Shown here: positions 26,901 to 40,500 of the stretch, in pieces
How positions within the stretch are numbered: the first letter of the stretch is position 1
Layout: each line of letters starts with the position of its first letter
Assembly: GCA_964057225.1 (NCBI GenBank)
Contig: OZ059900.1
Location: forward strand, 26,226,001 to 26,290,000
Length of the DNA stretch: 64,000 bases
Reading direction: 5' to 3'
DNA from: Auanema rhodensis
Lineage: Eukaryota; Animalia; Nematoda
Notes under the pieces: generated by a model
What the model was told of the DNA's origin: nothing
Databases searched by the model: none
The model's input: only the letters and a program-made list of their open reading frames with translations
Made by a program: the position numbers and the translations under genes

Positions 26901-29870
26901 TGACATTGCATGAGTTTGAACACATGAAATCGTAAGTCAAAACCTTGTTTACAGCGAAATTTCCAAAAACTGGTTTTCCAGCATAATAAAATATTTCTCA
27001 TGGGAAATACTGTGTTTTTGTATTTTTCTAGTGTTCAGCATGTAAAATGCTTCATTTTAGTATGTAACACGCTGAAATTCGTTTCATTTGACGACTCATA
27101 TGAACAAAAATCGATTTAATCAATATTAGCCATAAGGGGCGTGCCCTCAGAATATGCTAATTTCCTTAATTTTCTAACCCCTGTTTTTTTGTCGTGAAAG
27201 TGGAACTAGACGTTGTACGAACAATTTTGAGCTAGGTTTCATTGACATTGCATGAGTTTGAACACATGAAATCGTAAGTCAAAACCTTGTTTACAGCGAA
27301 ATTTCCAAAAACTGGTTTTCCAGCATAATAAAATATTTCTCATGGGAAATACTGTGTTTTTGTATTTTTCTAGTGTTCAGCATGTAAAATGGTTCATTTT
27401 AGTATGTAACACGCTGAAATTCGTTGCATTTGACGACTCATATGAACAAAAATCGATTTAATCAATACTAGCCATAAGGGGCGTGCCCTCAGAATATGCT
27501 AATTTCCTTAATTTTCTAACCCCTGTTTTTTTGTCGTGAAAGTGGAACTAGACGTTTTACGAACAATTTTGAGCTAGGTTTCATTGACATTGCATGAGTT
27601 TGAACACATGAAATCGTAAGTCAAAACCTTGTTTACAGCGAAATTTCCAAAAACTGGTTTTCCAGCATAATAAAATATTTCTCATGGGAAATACTGTGTT
27701 TTTGTATTTTTCTAGTGTTCAGCATGTAAAATGCTTCATTTTAGTATGTAACACGCTGAAATTCGTTGCATTTGACGACTCATATGAACAAAAATCGATT
27801 TAATCAATATTAGCCATAAGGGGCGTGCCCTCAGAATATGCTAATTTCCTTAATTTTCTAACCCCTGTTTTTTTGTCGTGAAAGTGGAACTAGACGTTGT
27901 ACGAACAATTTTGAGCTAGGTTTCATTGACATTGCATGAGTTTGAACACATGAAATCGTAAGTCAAAACCTTGTTTACAGCGAAATTTCCAAAAACTGGT
28001 TTTCAAGCATAATAAAATATTTCTCATGGGAAATACTGTGTTTTTGTATTTTTCTAGTGTTCAGCATGTAAAATGCTTCATTTTAGTATGTAACACGCTG
28101 AAATTCGTTGCATTTGACGACTCATATGAACAAAAATCGATTTAATCAATATTAGCCATAAGGGGCGTGCCCTCAGAATATGATAATTTCCTTAATTTTC
28201 TAACCCCTGTTTTTTTGTCGTGAAAGTGGAACTAGACGTTGTACGAACAATTTTGAGCTAGGTTTCATTGACATTGCATGAGTTTGAACACATGAAATCG
28301 TAAGTCAAAACCTTGTTTACAGCGAAATTTCCAAAAACTGGTTTTCCAGCATAATAAAATATTTCTCATGGGAAATACTGTGTTTTTGTATTTTTCTAGT
28401 GTTCAGCATGTAAAATGCTTCATTTTAGTATGTAACACGCTGAAATTCGTTGCATTTGACGACTCATATGAACAAAAATCGATTTAATCAATATTAGCCA
28501 TAAGGGGCGTGCCCTCAGAATATGCTAATTTCCTTAATTTTCTAACCCCTGTTTTTTTGTCGTGAAAGTGGAACTAGACGTTGTACGAACAATTTTGAGC
28601 TAGGTTTCATTGACATTGCATGAGTTTGAACACATGAAATCGTAAGTCAAAACCTTGTTTACAGCGAAATTTCCAAAAACTGGTTTTCCAGCATAATAAA
28701 ATATTTCTCATGGGAAATACTGTGTTTTTGTATTTTTCTAGTGTTCAGCATGTAAAATGCTTCATTTTAGTATGTAACACGCTGAAATTCGTTGCATTTG
28801 ACGACTCATATGAACAAAAATCGATTTAATCAATATTAGCCATAAGGGGCGTGCCCTCAGAATATGCTAATTTCCTTAATTTTCTAACCCCTGTTTTTTT
28901 GTCGTGAAAGTGGAACTAGACGTTTCACGAACAATTTTGAGCTAGGTTTCATTGACATTGCATGAGTTTGAACACATGAAATCGTAAGTCAAAACCTTGT
29001 TTACAGCGAAATTTCCAAAAACTGGTTTTCCAGCATAATAAAATATTTCTCATGGGAAATACTGTGTTTTTGTATTTTTCTAGTGTTCAGCATGTAAAAT
29101 GCTTCATTTTAGTATGTAACACGCTGAAATTCGTTGCATTTGACGACTCATATGAACAAAAATCGATTTAATCAATATTAGCCATAAGGGGCGTGCCCTC
29201 AGAATATGCTAATTTCCTTAATTTTCTAACCCCTGTTTTTTTGTCGTGAAAGTGGAACTAGACGTTTTACGAACAATTTTGAGCTAGGTTTCATTGACAT
29301 TGCATGAGTTTGAACACATGAAATCGTAAGTCAAAACCTTGTTTACAGCGAAATTTCCAAAAACTGGTTTTCCAGCATAATAAAATATTTCTCATGGGAA
29401 ATACTGTGTTTTTGTATTTTTCTAGTGTTCAGCATGTAAAATGCTTCATTTTAGTATGTAACACGCTGAAATTCGTTGCATTTGACGACTCATATGAACA
29501 AAAATCGATTTAATCAATATTAGCCATAAGGGGCGTGCCCTCAGAATATGCTAATTTCCTTAATTTTCTAACCCCTGTTTTTTTGTCGTGAAAGTGGAAC
29601 TAGACGTTGTACGAACAATTTTGAGCTAGGTTTCATTGACATTGCATGAGTTTGAACACATGAAATCGTAAGTCAAAACCTTGTTTACAGCGAAATTTCC
29701 AAAAACTGGTTTTCCAGCATAATAAAATATTTCTCATGGGAAATACTGTGTTTTTGTATTTTTCTAGTGTTCAGCATGTAAAATGCTTCATTTTAGTATG
29801 TAACACGCTGAAATTCGTTGCATTTGACGACTCATATGAACAAAAATCGATTTAATCAATATTAGCCATA

Positions 29871-30179
29871 AGGGGCGTGCCCCCTGTTTTTTTGTCGTGA
29901 AAGTGGAACTAGACGTTGTACGAACAATTTTGAGCTAGGTTTCATTGACATTGCATGAGTTTGAACACATGAAATCGTAAGTCAAAACCTTGTTTACAGC
30001 GAAATTTCCAAAAACTGGTTTTCCAGCATAATAAAATATTTCTCATGGGAAATACTGTGTTTTTGTATTTTTCTAGTGTTCAGCATGTAAAATGCTTCAT
30101 TTTAGTATGTAACACGCTGAAATTCGTTGCTTTTGACGACTCATATGAACAAAAATCGATTTAATCAATATTAGCCATA
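29871..30179. repeat. Truncated satellite A monomer (309 bp; 33-bp deletion between two C-runs)
   Basis: GGCGTGCCCCCTGTTTT replaces GGCGTGCCC-TCAGAATATGCTAATTTCCTTAATTTTCTAA-CCCCTGTTTT. The AGGGGCG spacing from 29871 to 30180 is 309. Confidence 0.95.
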
Positions 30180-33100
30180 AGGGGCGTGCCCTCAGAATAT
30201 GCTAATTTCCTTAATTTTCTAACCCCTGTTTTTTTGTCGTGAAAGTGGAACTAGACGTTTTACGAACAATTTTGAGCTAGGTTTCATTGACATTGCATGA
30301 GTTTGAACACATGAAATCGTAAGTCAAAACCTTGTTTACAGCGAAATTTCCAAAAACTGGTTTTCCAGCATAATAAAATATTTCTCATGGGAAATACTGT
30401 GTTTTTGTATTTTTCTAGTGTTCAGCATGTAAAATGCTTCATTTTAGTATGTAACACGCTGAAATTCGTTGCATTTGACGACTCATATGAACAAAAATCG
30501 ATTTAATCAATATTAGCCATAAGGGGCGTGCCCTCAGAATATGCTAATTTCCTTAATTTTCTAACCCCTGTTTTTTTGTCGTGAAAGTGGAACTAGACGT
30601 TTTACGAACAATTTTGAGCTAGGTTTCATTGACATTGCATGAGTTTGAACACATGAAATCGTAAGTCAAAACCTTGTTTACAGCGAAATTTCCAAAAACT
30701 GGTTTTCCAGCATAATAAAATATTTCTCATGGGAAATACTGTGTTTTTGTATTTTTCTAGTGTTCAGCATGTAAAATGCTTCATTTTAGTATGTAACACG
30801 CTGAAATTCGTTGCATTTGACGACTCATATGAACAAAAATCGATTTAATCAATATTAGCCATAAGGGGCGTGCCCTCAGAATATGCTAATTTCCTTAATT
30901 TTCTAACCCCTGTTTTTTTGTCGTGAAAGTGGAACTAGACGTTGTACGAACAATTTTGAGCTAGGTTTAATTGACATTGCATGAGTTTGAACACATGAAA
31001 TCGTAAGTCAAAACCTTGTTTACAGCGAAATTTCCAAAAACTGGTTTTCCAGCATAATAAAATATTTCTCATGGGAAATACTGTGTTTTTGTATTTTTCT
31101 AGTGTTCAGCATGTAAAATGCTTCATTTTAGTATGTAACACGCTGAAATTCGTTGCATTTGACGACTCATATGAACAAAAATCGATTTAATCAATATTAG
31201 CCATAAGGGGCGTGCCCTCAGAATATGATAATTTCCTTAATTTTCTAACCCCTGTTTTTTTGTCGTGAAAGTGGAACTAGACGTTGTACGAACAATTTTG
31301 AGCTAGGTTTCATTGACATTGCATGAGTTTGAACACATGAAATCGTAAGTCAAAACCTTGTTTACAGCGAAATTTCCAAAAACTGGTTTTCCAGCATAAT
31401 AAAATATTTCTCATGGGAATAACTGTGTTTTTGTATTTTTCTAGTGTTCAGCATGTAAAATGCTTCATTTTAGTATGTAACACGCTGAAATTCGTTGCAT
31501 TTGACGACTCATATGAACAAAAATCGATTTAATCAATATTAGCCATAAGGGGCGTGCCCTCAGAATATGCTAATTTCCTTAATTTTCTAACCCCTGTTTT
31601 TTTGTCGTGAAAGTGGAACTAGACGTTGTACGAACAATTTTGAGCTAGGTTTAATTGACATTGCATGAGTTTGAACACATGAAATCGTAAGTCAAAACCT
31701 TGTTTACAGCGAAATTTCCAAAAACTGGTTTTCCAGCATAATAAAATATTTCTCATGGGAAATACTGTGTTTTTGTATTTTTCTAGTGTTCAGCATGTAA
31801 AATGCTTCATTTTAGTATGTAACACGCTGAAATTCGTTGCATTTGACGACTCATATGAACAAAAATCGATTTAATCAATATTAGCCATAAGGGGCGTGCC
31901 CTCAGAATATGATAATTTCCTTAATTTTCTAACCCCTGTTTTTTTGTCGTGAAAGTGGAACTAGACGTTGTACGAACAATTTTGAGCTAGGTTTCATTGA
32001 CATTGCATGAGTTTGAACACATGAAATCGTAAGTCAAAACCTTGTTTACAGCGAAATTTCCAAAAACTGGTTTTCCAGCATAATAAAATATTTCTCATGG
32101 GAAATACTGTGTTTTTGTATTTTTCTAGTGTTCAGCATGTAAAATGCTTCATTTTAGTATGTAACACGCTGAAATTCGTTGCATTTGACGACTCATATGA
32201 ACAAAAATCGATTTAATCAATATTAGCCATAAGGGGCGTGCCCTCAGAATATGCTAATTTCCTTAATTTTCTAACCCCTGTTTTTTTGTCGTGAAAGTGG
32301 AACTAGACGTTTCACGAACAATTTTGAGCTAGGTTTCATTGACATTGCATGAGTTTGAACACATGAAATCGTAAGTCAAAACCTTGTTTACAGCGAAATT
32401 TCCAAAAACTGGTTTTCCAGCATAATAAAATATTTCTCATGGGAAATACTGTGTTTTTGTATTTTTCTAGTGTTCAGCATGTAAAATGCTTCATTTTAGT
32501 ATGTAACACGCTGAAATTCGTTGCATTTGACGACTCATATGAACAAAAATCGATTTAATCAATATTAGCCATAAGGGGCGTGCCCTCAGAATATGCTAAT
32601 TTCCTTAATTTTCTAACCCCTGTTTTTTTGTCGTGAAAGTGGAACTAGACGTTTCACGAACAATTTTGAGCTAGGTTTCATTGACATTGCATGAGTTTGA
32701 ACACATGAAATCGTAAGTCAAAACCTTGTTTACAGCGAAATTTCCAAAAACTGGTTTTCCAGCATAATAAAATATTTCTCATGGGAAATACTGTGTTTTT
32801 GTATTTTTCTAGTGTTCAGCATGTAAAATGCTTCATTTTAGTATGTAACACGCTGAAATTCGTTGCTTTTGACGACTCATATGAACAAAAATCGATTTAA
32901 TCAATATTAGCCATAAGGGGCGTGCCCTCAGAATATGCTAATTTCCTTAATTTTCTAACCCCTGTTTTTTTGTCGTGAAAGTGGAACTAGACGTTGTACG
33001 AACAATTTTGAGCTAGGTTTCATTGACATTGCATGAGTTTGAACACATGAAATCGTAAGTCAAAACCTTGTTTACAGCGAAATTTCCAAAAACTGGTTTT

Positions 33101-36100
33101 CCAGCATAATAAAATATTTCTCATGGGAAATACTGTGTTTTTGTATTTTTCTAGTGTTCAGCATGTAAAATGCTTCATTTTAGTATGTAACACGCTGAAA
33201 TTCGTTGCTTTTGACGACTCATATGAACAAAAATCGATTTAATCAATATTAGCCATAAGGGGCGTGCCCTCAGAATATGCTAATTTCCTTAATTTTCTAA
33301 CCCCTGTTTTTTTGTCGTGAAAGTGGAACTAGACGTTTTACGAACAATTTTGAGCTAGGTTTCATTGACATTGCATGAGTTTGAACACATGAAATCGTAA
33401 GTCAAAACCTTGTTTACAGCGAAATTTCCAAAAACTGGTTTTCCAGCATAATAAAATATTTCTCATGGGAAATACTGTGTTTTTGTATTTTTCTAGTGTT
33501 CAGCATGTAAAATGCTTCATTTTAGTATGTAACACGCTGAAATTCGTTGCATTTGACGACTCATATGAACAAAAATCGATTTAATCAATATTAGCCATAA
33601 GGGGCGTGCCCTCAGAATATGCTAATTTCCTTAATTTTCTAACCCCTGTTTTTTTGTCGTGAAAGTGGAACTAGACGTTTTACGAACAATTTTGAGCTAG
33701 GTTTCATTGACATTGCATGAGTTTGAACACATGAAATCGTAAGTCAAAACCTTGTTTACAGCGAAATTTCCAAAAACTGGTTTTCCAGCATAATAAAATA
33801 TTTCTCATGGGAAATACTGTGTTTTTGTATTTTTCTAGTGTTCAGCATGTAAAATGCTTCATTTTAGTATGTAACACGCTGAAATTCGTTGCATTTGACG
33901 ACTCATATGAACAAAAATCGATTTAATCAATATTAGCCATAAGGGGCGTGCCCTCAGAATATGCTAATTTCCTTAATTTTCTAACCCCTGTTTTTTTGTC
34001 GTGAAAGTGGAACTAGACGTTGTACGAACAATTTTGAGCTAGGTTTAATTGACATTGCATGAGTTTGAACACATGAAATCGTAAGTCAAAACCTTGTTTA
34101 CAGCGAAATTTCCAAAAACTGGTTTTCCAGCATAATAAAATATTTCTCATGGGAAATACTGTGTTTTTGTATTTTTCTAGTGTTCAGCATGTAAAATGCT
34201 TCATTTTAGTATGTAACACGCTGAAATTCGTTGCATTTGACGACTCATATGAACAAAAATCGATTTAATCAATATTAGCCATAAGGGGCGTGCCCTCAGA
34301 ATATGATAATTTCCTTAATTTTCTAACCCCTGTTTTTTTGTCGTGAAAGTGGAACTAGACGTTGTACGAACAATTTTGAGCTAGGTTTCATTGACATTGC
34401 ATGAGTTTGAACACATGAAATCGTAAGTCAAAACCTTGTTTACAGCGAAATTTCCAAAAACTGGTTTTCCAGCATAATAAAATATTTCTCATGGGAAATA
34501 CTGTGTTTTTGTATTTTTCTAGTGTTCAGCATGTAAAATGCTTCATTTTAGTATGTAACACGCTGAAATTCGTTGCATTTGACGACTCATATGAACAAAA
34601 ATCGATTTAATCAATATTAGCCATAAGGGGCGTGCCCTCAGAATATGCTAATTTCCTTAATTTTCTAACCCCTGTTTTTTTGTCGTGAAAGTGGAACTAG
34701 ACGTTGTACGAACAATTTTGAGCTAGGTTTAATTGACATTGCATGAGTTTGAACACATGAAATCGTAAGTCAAAACCTTGTTTACAGCGAAATTTCCAAA
34801 AACTGGTTTTCCAGCATAATAAAATATTTCTCATGGGAAATACTGTGTTTTTGTATTTTTCTAGTGTTCAGCATGTAAAATGCTTCATTTTAGTATGTAA
34901 CACGCTGAAATTCGTTGCATTTGACGACTCATATGAACAAAAATCGATTTAATCAATATTAGCCATAAGGGGCGTGCCCTCAGAATATGATAATTTCCTT
35001 AATTTTCTAACCCCTGTTTTTTTGTCGTGAAAGTGGAACTAGACGTTGTACGAACAATTTTGAGCTAGGTTTCATTGACATTGCATGAGTTTGAACACAT
35101 GAAATCGTAAGTCAAAACCTTGTTTACAGCGAAATTTCCAAAAACTGGTTTTCCAGCATAATAAAATATTTCTCATGGGAAATACTGTGTTTTTGTATTT
35201 TTCTAGTGTTCAGCATGTAAAATGCTTCATTTTAGTATGTAACACGCTGAAATTCGTTGCATTTGACGACTCATATGAACAAAAATCGATTTAATCAATA
35301 TTAGCCATAAGGGGCGTGCCCTCAGAATATGCTAATTTCCTTAATTTTCTAACCCCTGTTTTTTTGTCGTGAAAGTGGAACTAGACGTTGTACGAACAAT
35401 TTTGAGCTAGGTTTCATTGACATTGCATGAGTTTGAACACATGAAATCGTAAGTCAAAACCTTGTTTACAGCGAAATTTCCAAAAACTGGTTTTCCAGCA
35501 TAATAAAATATTTCTCATGGGAAATACTGTGTTTTTGTATTTTTCTAGTGTTCAGCATGTAAAATGCTTCATTTTAGTATGTAACACGCTGAAATTCGTT
35601 GCATTTGACGACTCATATGAACAAAAATCGATTTAATCAATATTAGCCATAAGGGGCGTGCCCTCAGAATATGCTAATTTCCTTAATTTTCTAACCCCTG
35701 TTTTTTTGTCGTGAAAGTGGAACTAGACGTTTCACGAACAATTTTGAGCTAGGTTTCATTGACATTGCATGAGTTTGAACACATGAAATCGTAAGTCAAA
35801 ACCTTGTTTACAGCGAAATTTCCAAAAACTGGTTTTCCAGCATAATAAAATATTTCTCATGGGAAATACTGTGTTTTTGTATTTTTCTAGTGTTCAGCAT
35901 GTAAAATGCTTCATTTTAGTATGTAACACGCTGAAATTCGTTGCATTTGACGACTCATATGAACAAAAATCGATTTATTCAATATTAGCCATAAGGGGCG
36001 TGCCCTCAGAATATGCTAATTTCCTTAATTTTCTAACCCCTGTTTTTTTGTCGTGAAAGTGGAACTAGACGTTTCACGAACAATTTTGAGCTAGGTTTTA

Positions 36101-37500
36101 TTGACATTGCATGAGTTTGAACACATGAAATCGTAAGTCAAAACCTTGTTTACAGCGAAATTTCCAAAAACTGGTTTTCCAGCATAATAAAATATTTCTC
36201 ATGGGAAATACTGTGTTTTTGTATTTTTCTAGTGTTCAGCATGTAAAATGCTTCATTTTAGTATGTAACACGCTGAAATTCGTTGCTTTTGACGACTCAT
36301 ATGAACAAAAATCGATTTAATCAATATTAGCCATAAGGGGCGTGCCCTCAGAATATGCTAATTTCCTTAATTTTCTAACCCCTGTTTTTTTGTCGTGAAA
36401 GTGGAACTAGACGTTGTACGAACAATTTTGAGCTAAGTTTCATTGACATTGCATGAGTTTGAACACATGAAATCGTAAGTCAAAACCTTGTTTACAGCGA
36501 AATTTCCAAAAACTGGTTTTCCAGCATAATAAAATATTTCTCATGGGAAATACTGTGTTTTTGTATTTTTCTAGTGTTCAGCATGTAAAATGCTTCATTT
36601 TAGTATGTAACACGCTGAAATTCGTTGCTTTTGACGACTCATATGAACAAAAATCGATTTAATCAATATTAGCCATAAGGGGCGTGCCCTCAGAATATGC
36701 TAATTTCCTTAATTTTCTAACCCCTGTTTTTTTGTCGTGAAAGTGGAACTAGACGTTTTACGAACAATTTTGAGCTAGGTTTCATTGACATTGCATGAGT
36801 TTGAACACATGAAATCGTAAGTCAAAACCTTGTTTACAGCGAAATTTCCAAAAACTGGTTTTCCAGCATAATAAAATATTTCTCATGGGAAATACTGTGT
36901 TTTTGTATTTTTCTAGTGTTCAGCATGTAAAATGCTTCATTTTAGTATGTAACACGCTGAAATTCGTTGCATTTGACGACTCATATGAACAAAAATCGAT
37001 TTAATCAATATTAGCCATAAGGGGCGTGCCCTCAGAATATGCTAATTTCCTTAATTTTCTAACCCCTGTTTTTTTGTCGTGAAAGTGGAACTAGACGTTT
37101 TACGAACAATTTTGAGCTAGGTTTCATTGACATTGCATGAGTTTGAACACATGAAATCGTAAGTCAAAACCTTGTTTACAGCGAAATTTCCAAAAACTGG
37201 TTTTCCAGCATAATAAAATATTTCTCATGGGAAATACTGTGTTTTTGTATTTTTCTAGTGTTCAGCATGTAAAATGCTTCATTTTAGTATGTAACACGCT
37301 GAAATTCGTTGCATTTGACGACTCATATGAACAAAAATCGATTTAATCAATATTAGCCATAAGGGGCGTGCCCTCAGAATATGCTAATTTCCTTAATTTT
37401 CTAACCCCTGTTTTTTTGTCGTGAAAGTGGAACTAGACGTTGTACGAACAATTTTGAGCTAGGTTTCATTGACATTGCATGAGTTTGAACACATGAAATC
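29900..37500. repeat. Satellite A domain with 9- then 10-monomer higher-order repeats
   Basis: GCTTTTGAC at 30131, 33209 and 36629 gives offsets 3078 (9x342) and 3420 (10x342). GGTTTAATT at 30969/34047 and 31653/34731 has offset 3078. TTTCACGA at 32310/35730 and 32652/36072 has offset 3420. Confidence 0.88.
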
Positions 37501-40500
37501 GTAAGTCAAAACCTTGTTTACAGCGAAATTTCCAAAAACTGGTTTTCCAGCATAATAAAATATTTCTCATGGGAAATACTGTGTTTTTGTATTTTTCTAG
37601 TGATCAGCATGTTAAATGCTTCATTTTAGTATGTAACACGCTGAAATTCGTTGCATTTGACGACTCATATGAACAAAAATCGATTTAATCAATATTAGCC
37701 ATAAGGGGCGTGCCCTCAGAATATGCTAATTTCTTTAATTTTCTAACCCCTGTTTTTTTGTCGTGGAAGTGGAACTAGACGTTTTACGAACAATTTTGAG
37801 CTAGGTTTCATTGACATTGCATGAGTTTGAACACATGAAATCGTAAGTCAAAACCTTGTTTACAGCGAAATTTCCAAAAACTGGTTTTCCAGCATAATAA
37901 AATATTTCTCATGGGAAATACTGTGTTTTTTTATTTTTCTAGTGTTCAGCATGTAAAATGCTTCATTTTAGTATGTAACACGCTGAAATTCGTTGCATTT
38001 GACGACTCATATGAACAAAAATCGATTTAATCAATATTAGCCATAAGGGGCGTGCCCTCAGAATATGCTAATTTCCTTAATTTTCTAACCCCTGTTTTTT
38101 TGTTGTGAAAGTGAAACTAGACGTTGTACGAACAATTTTGAGCTAGGTTTCATTGACATTGCATGAGTTTGAACACATGAAATCGTAAGTCAAAACCTTG
38201 TTTACAGCGAAATTTCCAAAAACTGGTTTTCCAGCATAATAAAATATTTCTCATGGGAAATACTGTGGTTTTGTATTTTTCTAGTGTTCAGCATGTAAAA
38301 TGCTTCATTTTAGTATGTAACACGCTGAAATTCGTTGCATTTGACGACTCATATGAACAAAAATCGATTTAATCAATATTAGCCATAAGGGGCGTGCCCT
38401 CAGAATATGCTAATTTCCTTAATTTTCTAACCCCTGTTTTTTTGTCGTGAAAGTGGAACTAGACGTTGTACGAACAATTTTGAGCTAGGTTTCATTGACA
38501 TTGCATGAGTTTGAACACATGAAATCGTAAGTCAAAACCTTGTTTACAGCGAAATTTCCAAAAACTGGTTTTCCAGCATAATAAAATATTTCTCATGGGA
38601 AATACTGTGTTTTTGTATTTTTCTAGTGTTCAGCATGTAAAATGCTTCATTTTAGTATGTAACACGCTGAAATTCGTTGCATTTGACGACTCATATGAAC
38701 AAAAATCGATTTAATCAATATTAGCCATAAGGGGCGTGCCCTCAGAATATGCTAATTTCTTTAATTTTCTAACCCCTGTTTTTTTGTCGTGGAAGTGGAA
38801 CTAGACGTTTTACGAACAATTTTGAGCTAGGTTTCATTGACATTGCATGAGTTTGAACACATGAAATCGTAAGTCAAAACCTTGTTTACAGCGAAATTTC
38901 CAAAAACTGGTTTTCCAGCATAATAAAATATTTCTCATGGGAAATACTGTGTTTTTTTATTTTTCTAGTGTTCAGCATGTAAAATGCTTCATTTTAGTAT
39001 GTAACACGCTGAAATTCGTTGCATTTGACGACTCATATGAACAAAAATCGATTTAATCAATATTAGCCATAAGGGGCGTGCCCTCAGAATATGCTAATTT
39101 CCTTAATTTTCTAACCCCTGTTTTTTTGTTGTGAAAGTGGAACTAGACGTTGTACGAACAATTTTGAGCTAGGTTTCATTGACATTGCATGAGTTTGAAC
39201 ACATGAAATCGTAAGTCAAAACCTTGTTTACAGCGAAATTTCCAAAAACTGGTTTTCCAGCATAATAAAATATTTCTCATGGGAAATACTGTGTTTTTGT
39301 ATTTTTCTAGTGTTCAGCATGTAAAATGCTTCATTTTAGTATGTAACACGCTGAAATTCGTTGCATTTGACGACTCATATGAACAAAAATCGATTTAATC
39401 AATATTAGCCATAAGGGGCGTGCCCTCAGAATATGCTAATTTCCTTAATTTTCTAACCCCTGTTTTTTTGTCGTGAAAGTGGAACTAGACGTTTTACGAA
39501 CAATTTTGAGCTAGGTTTCATTGACATTGCATGAGTTTGAACACATGAAATCGTAAGTCAAAACCTTGTTTACAGCGAAATTTCCAAAAACTGGTTTTCC
39601 AGCATAATAAAATATTTCTCATGGGAAATACTGTGTTTTTGTATTTTTCTAGTGTTCAGCATGTAAAATGCTTCATTTTAGTATGTAACACGCTGAAATT
39701 CGTTGCATTTGACGACTCATATGAACAAAAATCGATTTAATCAATATTAGCCATAAGGGGCGTGCCCTCAGAATATGCTAATTTCCTTAATTTTCTAACC
39801 CCTGTTTTTTTGTCGTGAAAGTGGAACTAGACGTTTTACGAACAATTTTGAGCTAGGTTTCATTGACATTGCATGAGTTTGAACACATGAAATCGTAAGT
39901 CAAAACCTTGTTTACAGCGAAATTTCCAAAAACTGGTTTTCCAGCATAATAAAATATTTCTCATGGGAAATACTGTGTTTTTGTATTTTTCTAGTGTTCA
40001 GCATGTAAAATGCTTCATTTTAGTATGTAACACGCTGAAATTCGTTGCATTTGACGACTCATATGAACAAAAATCGATTTAATCAATATTAGCCATAAGG
40101 GGCGTGCCTTCAGAATATGCTAATTTCCTTAATTTTCTAACCCCTGTTTTTTTGTCGTGAAAGTGGAACTAGACGTTGTACGAACAATTTTGAGCTAGGT
40201 TTCATTGACATTGCATGAGTTTGAACACATGAAATCGTAAGTCAAAACCTTGTTTACAGCGAAATTTCCAAAAACTGGTTTTCCAGCATAATAAAATATT
40301 TCTCATGGGAAATACTGTGTTTTTTTATTTTTCTAGTGTTCAGCATGTAAAATGCTTCATTTTAGTATGTAACACGCTGAAATTCGTTGCATTTGACGAC
40401 TCATATGAACAAAAATCGATTTAATCAATATTAGCCATAAGGGGCGTGCCCTCAGAATATGCTAATTTCCTTAATTTTCTAACCCCTGTTTTTTTGTTGT

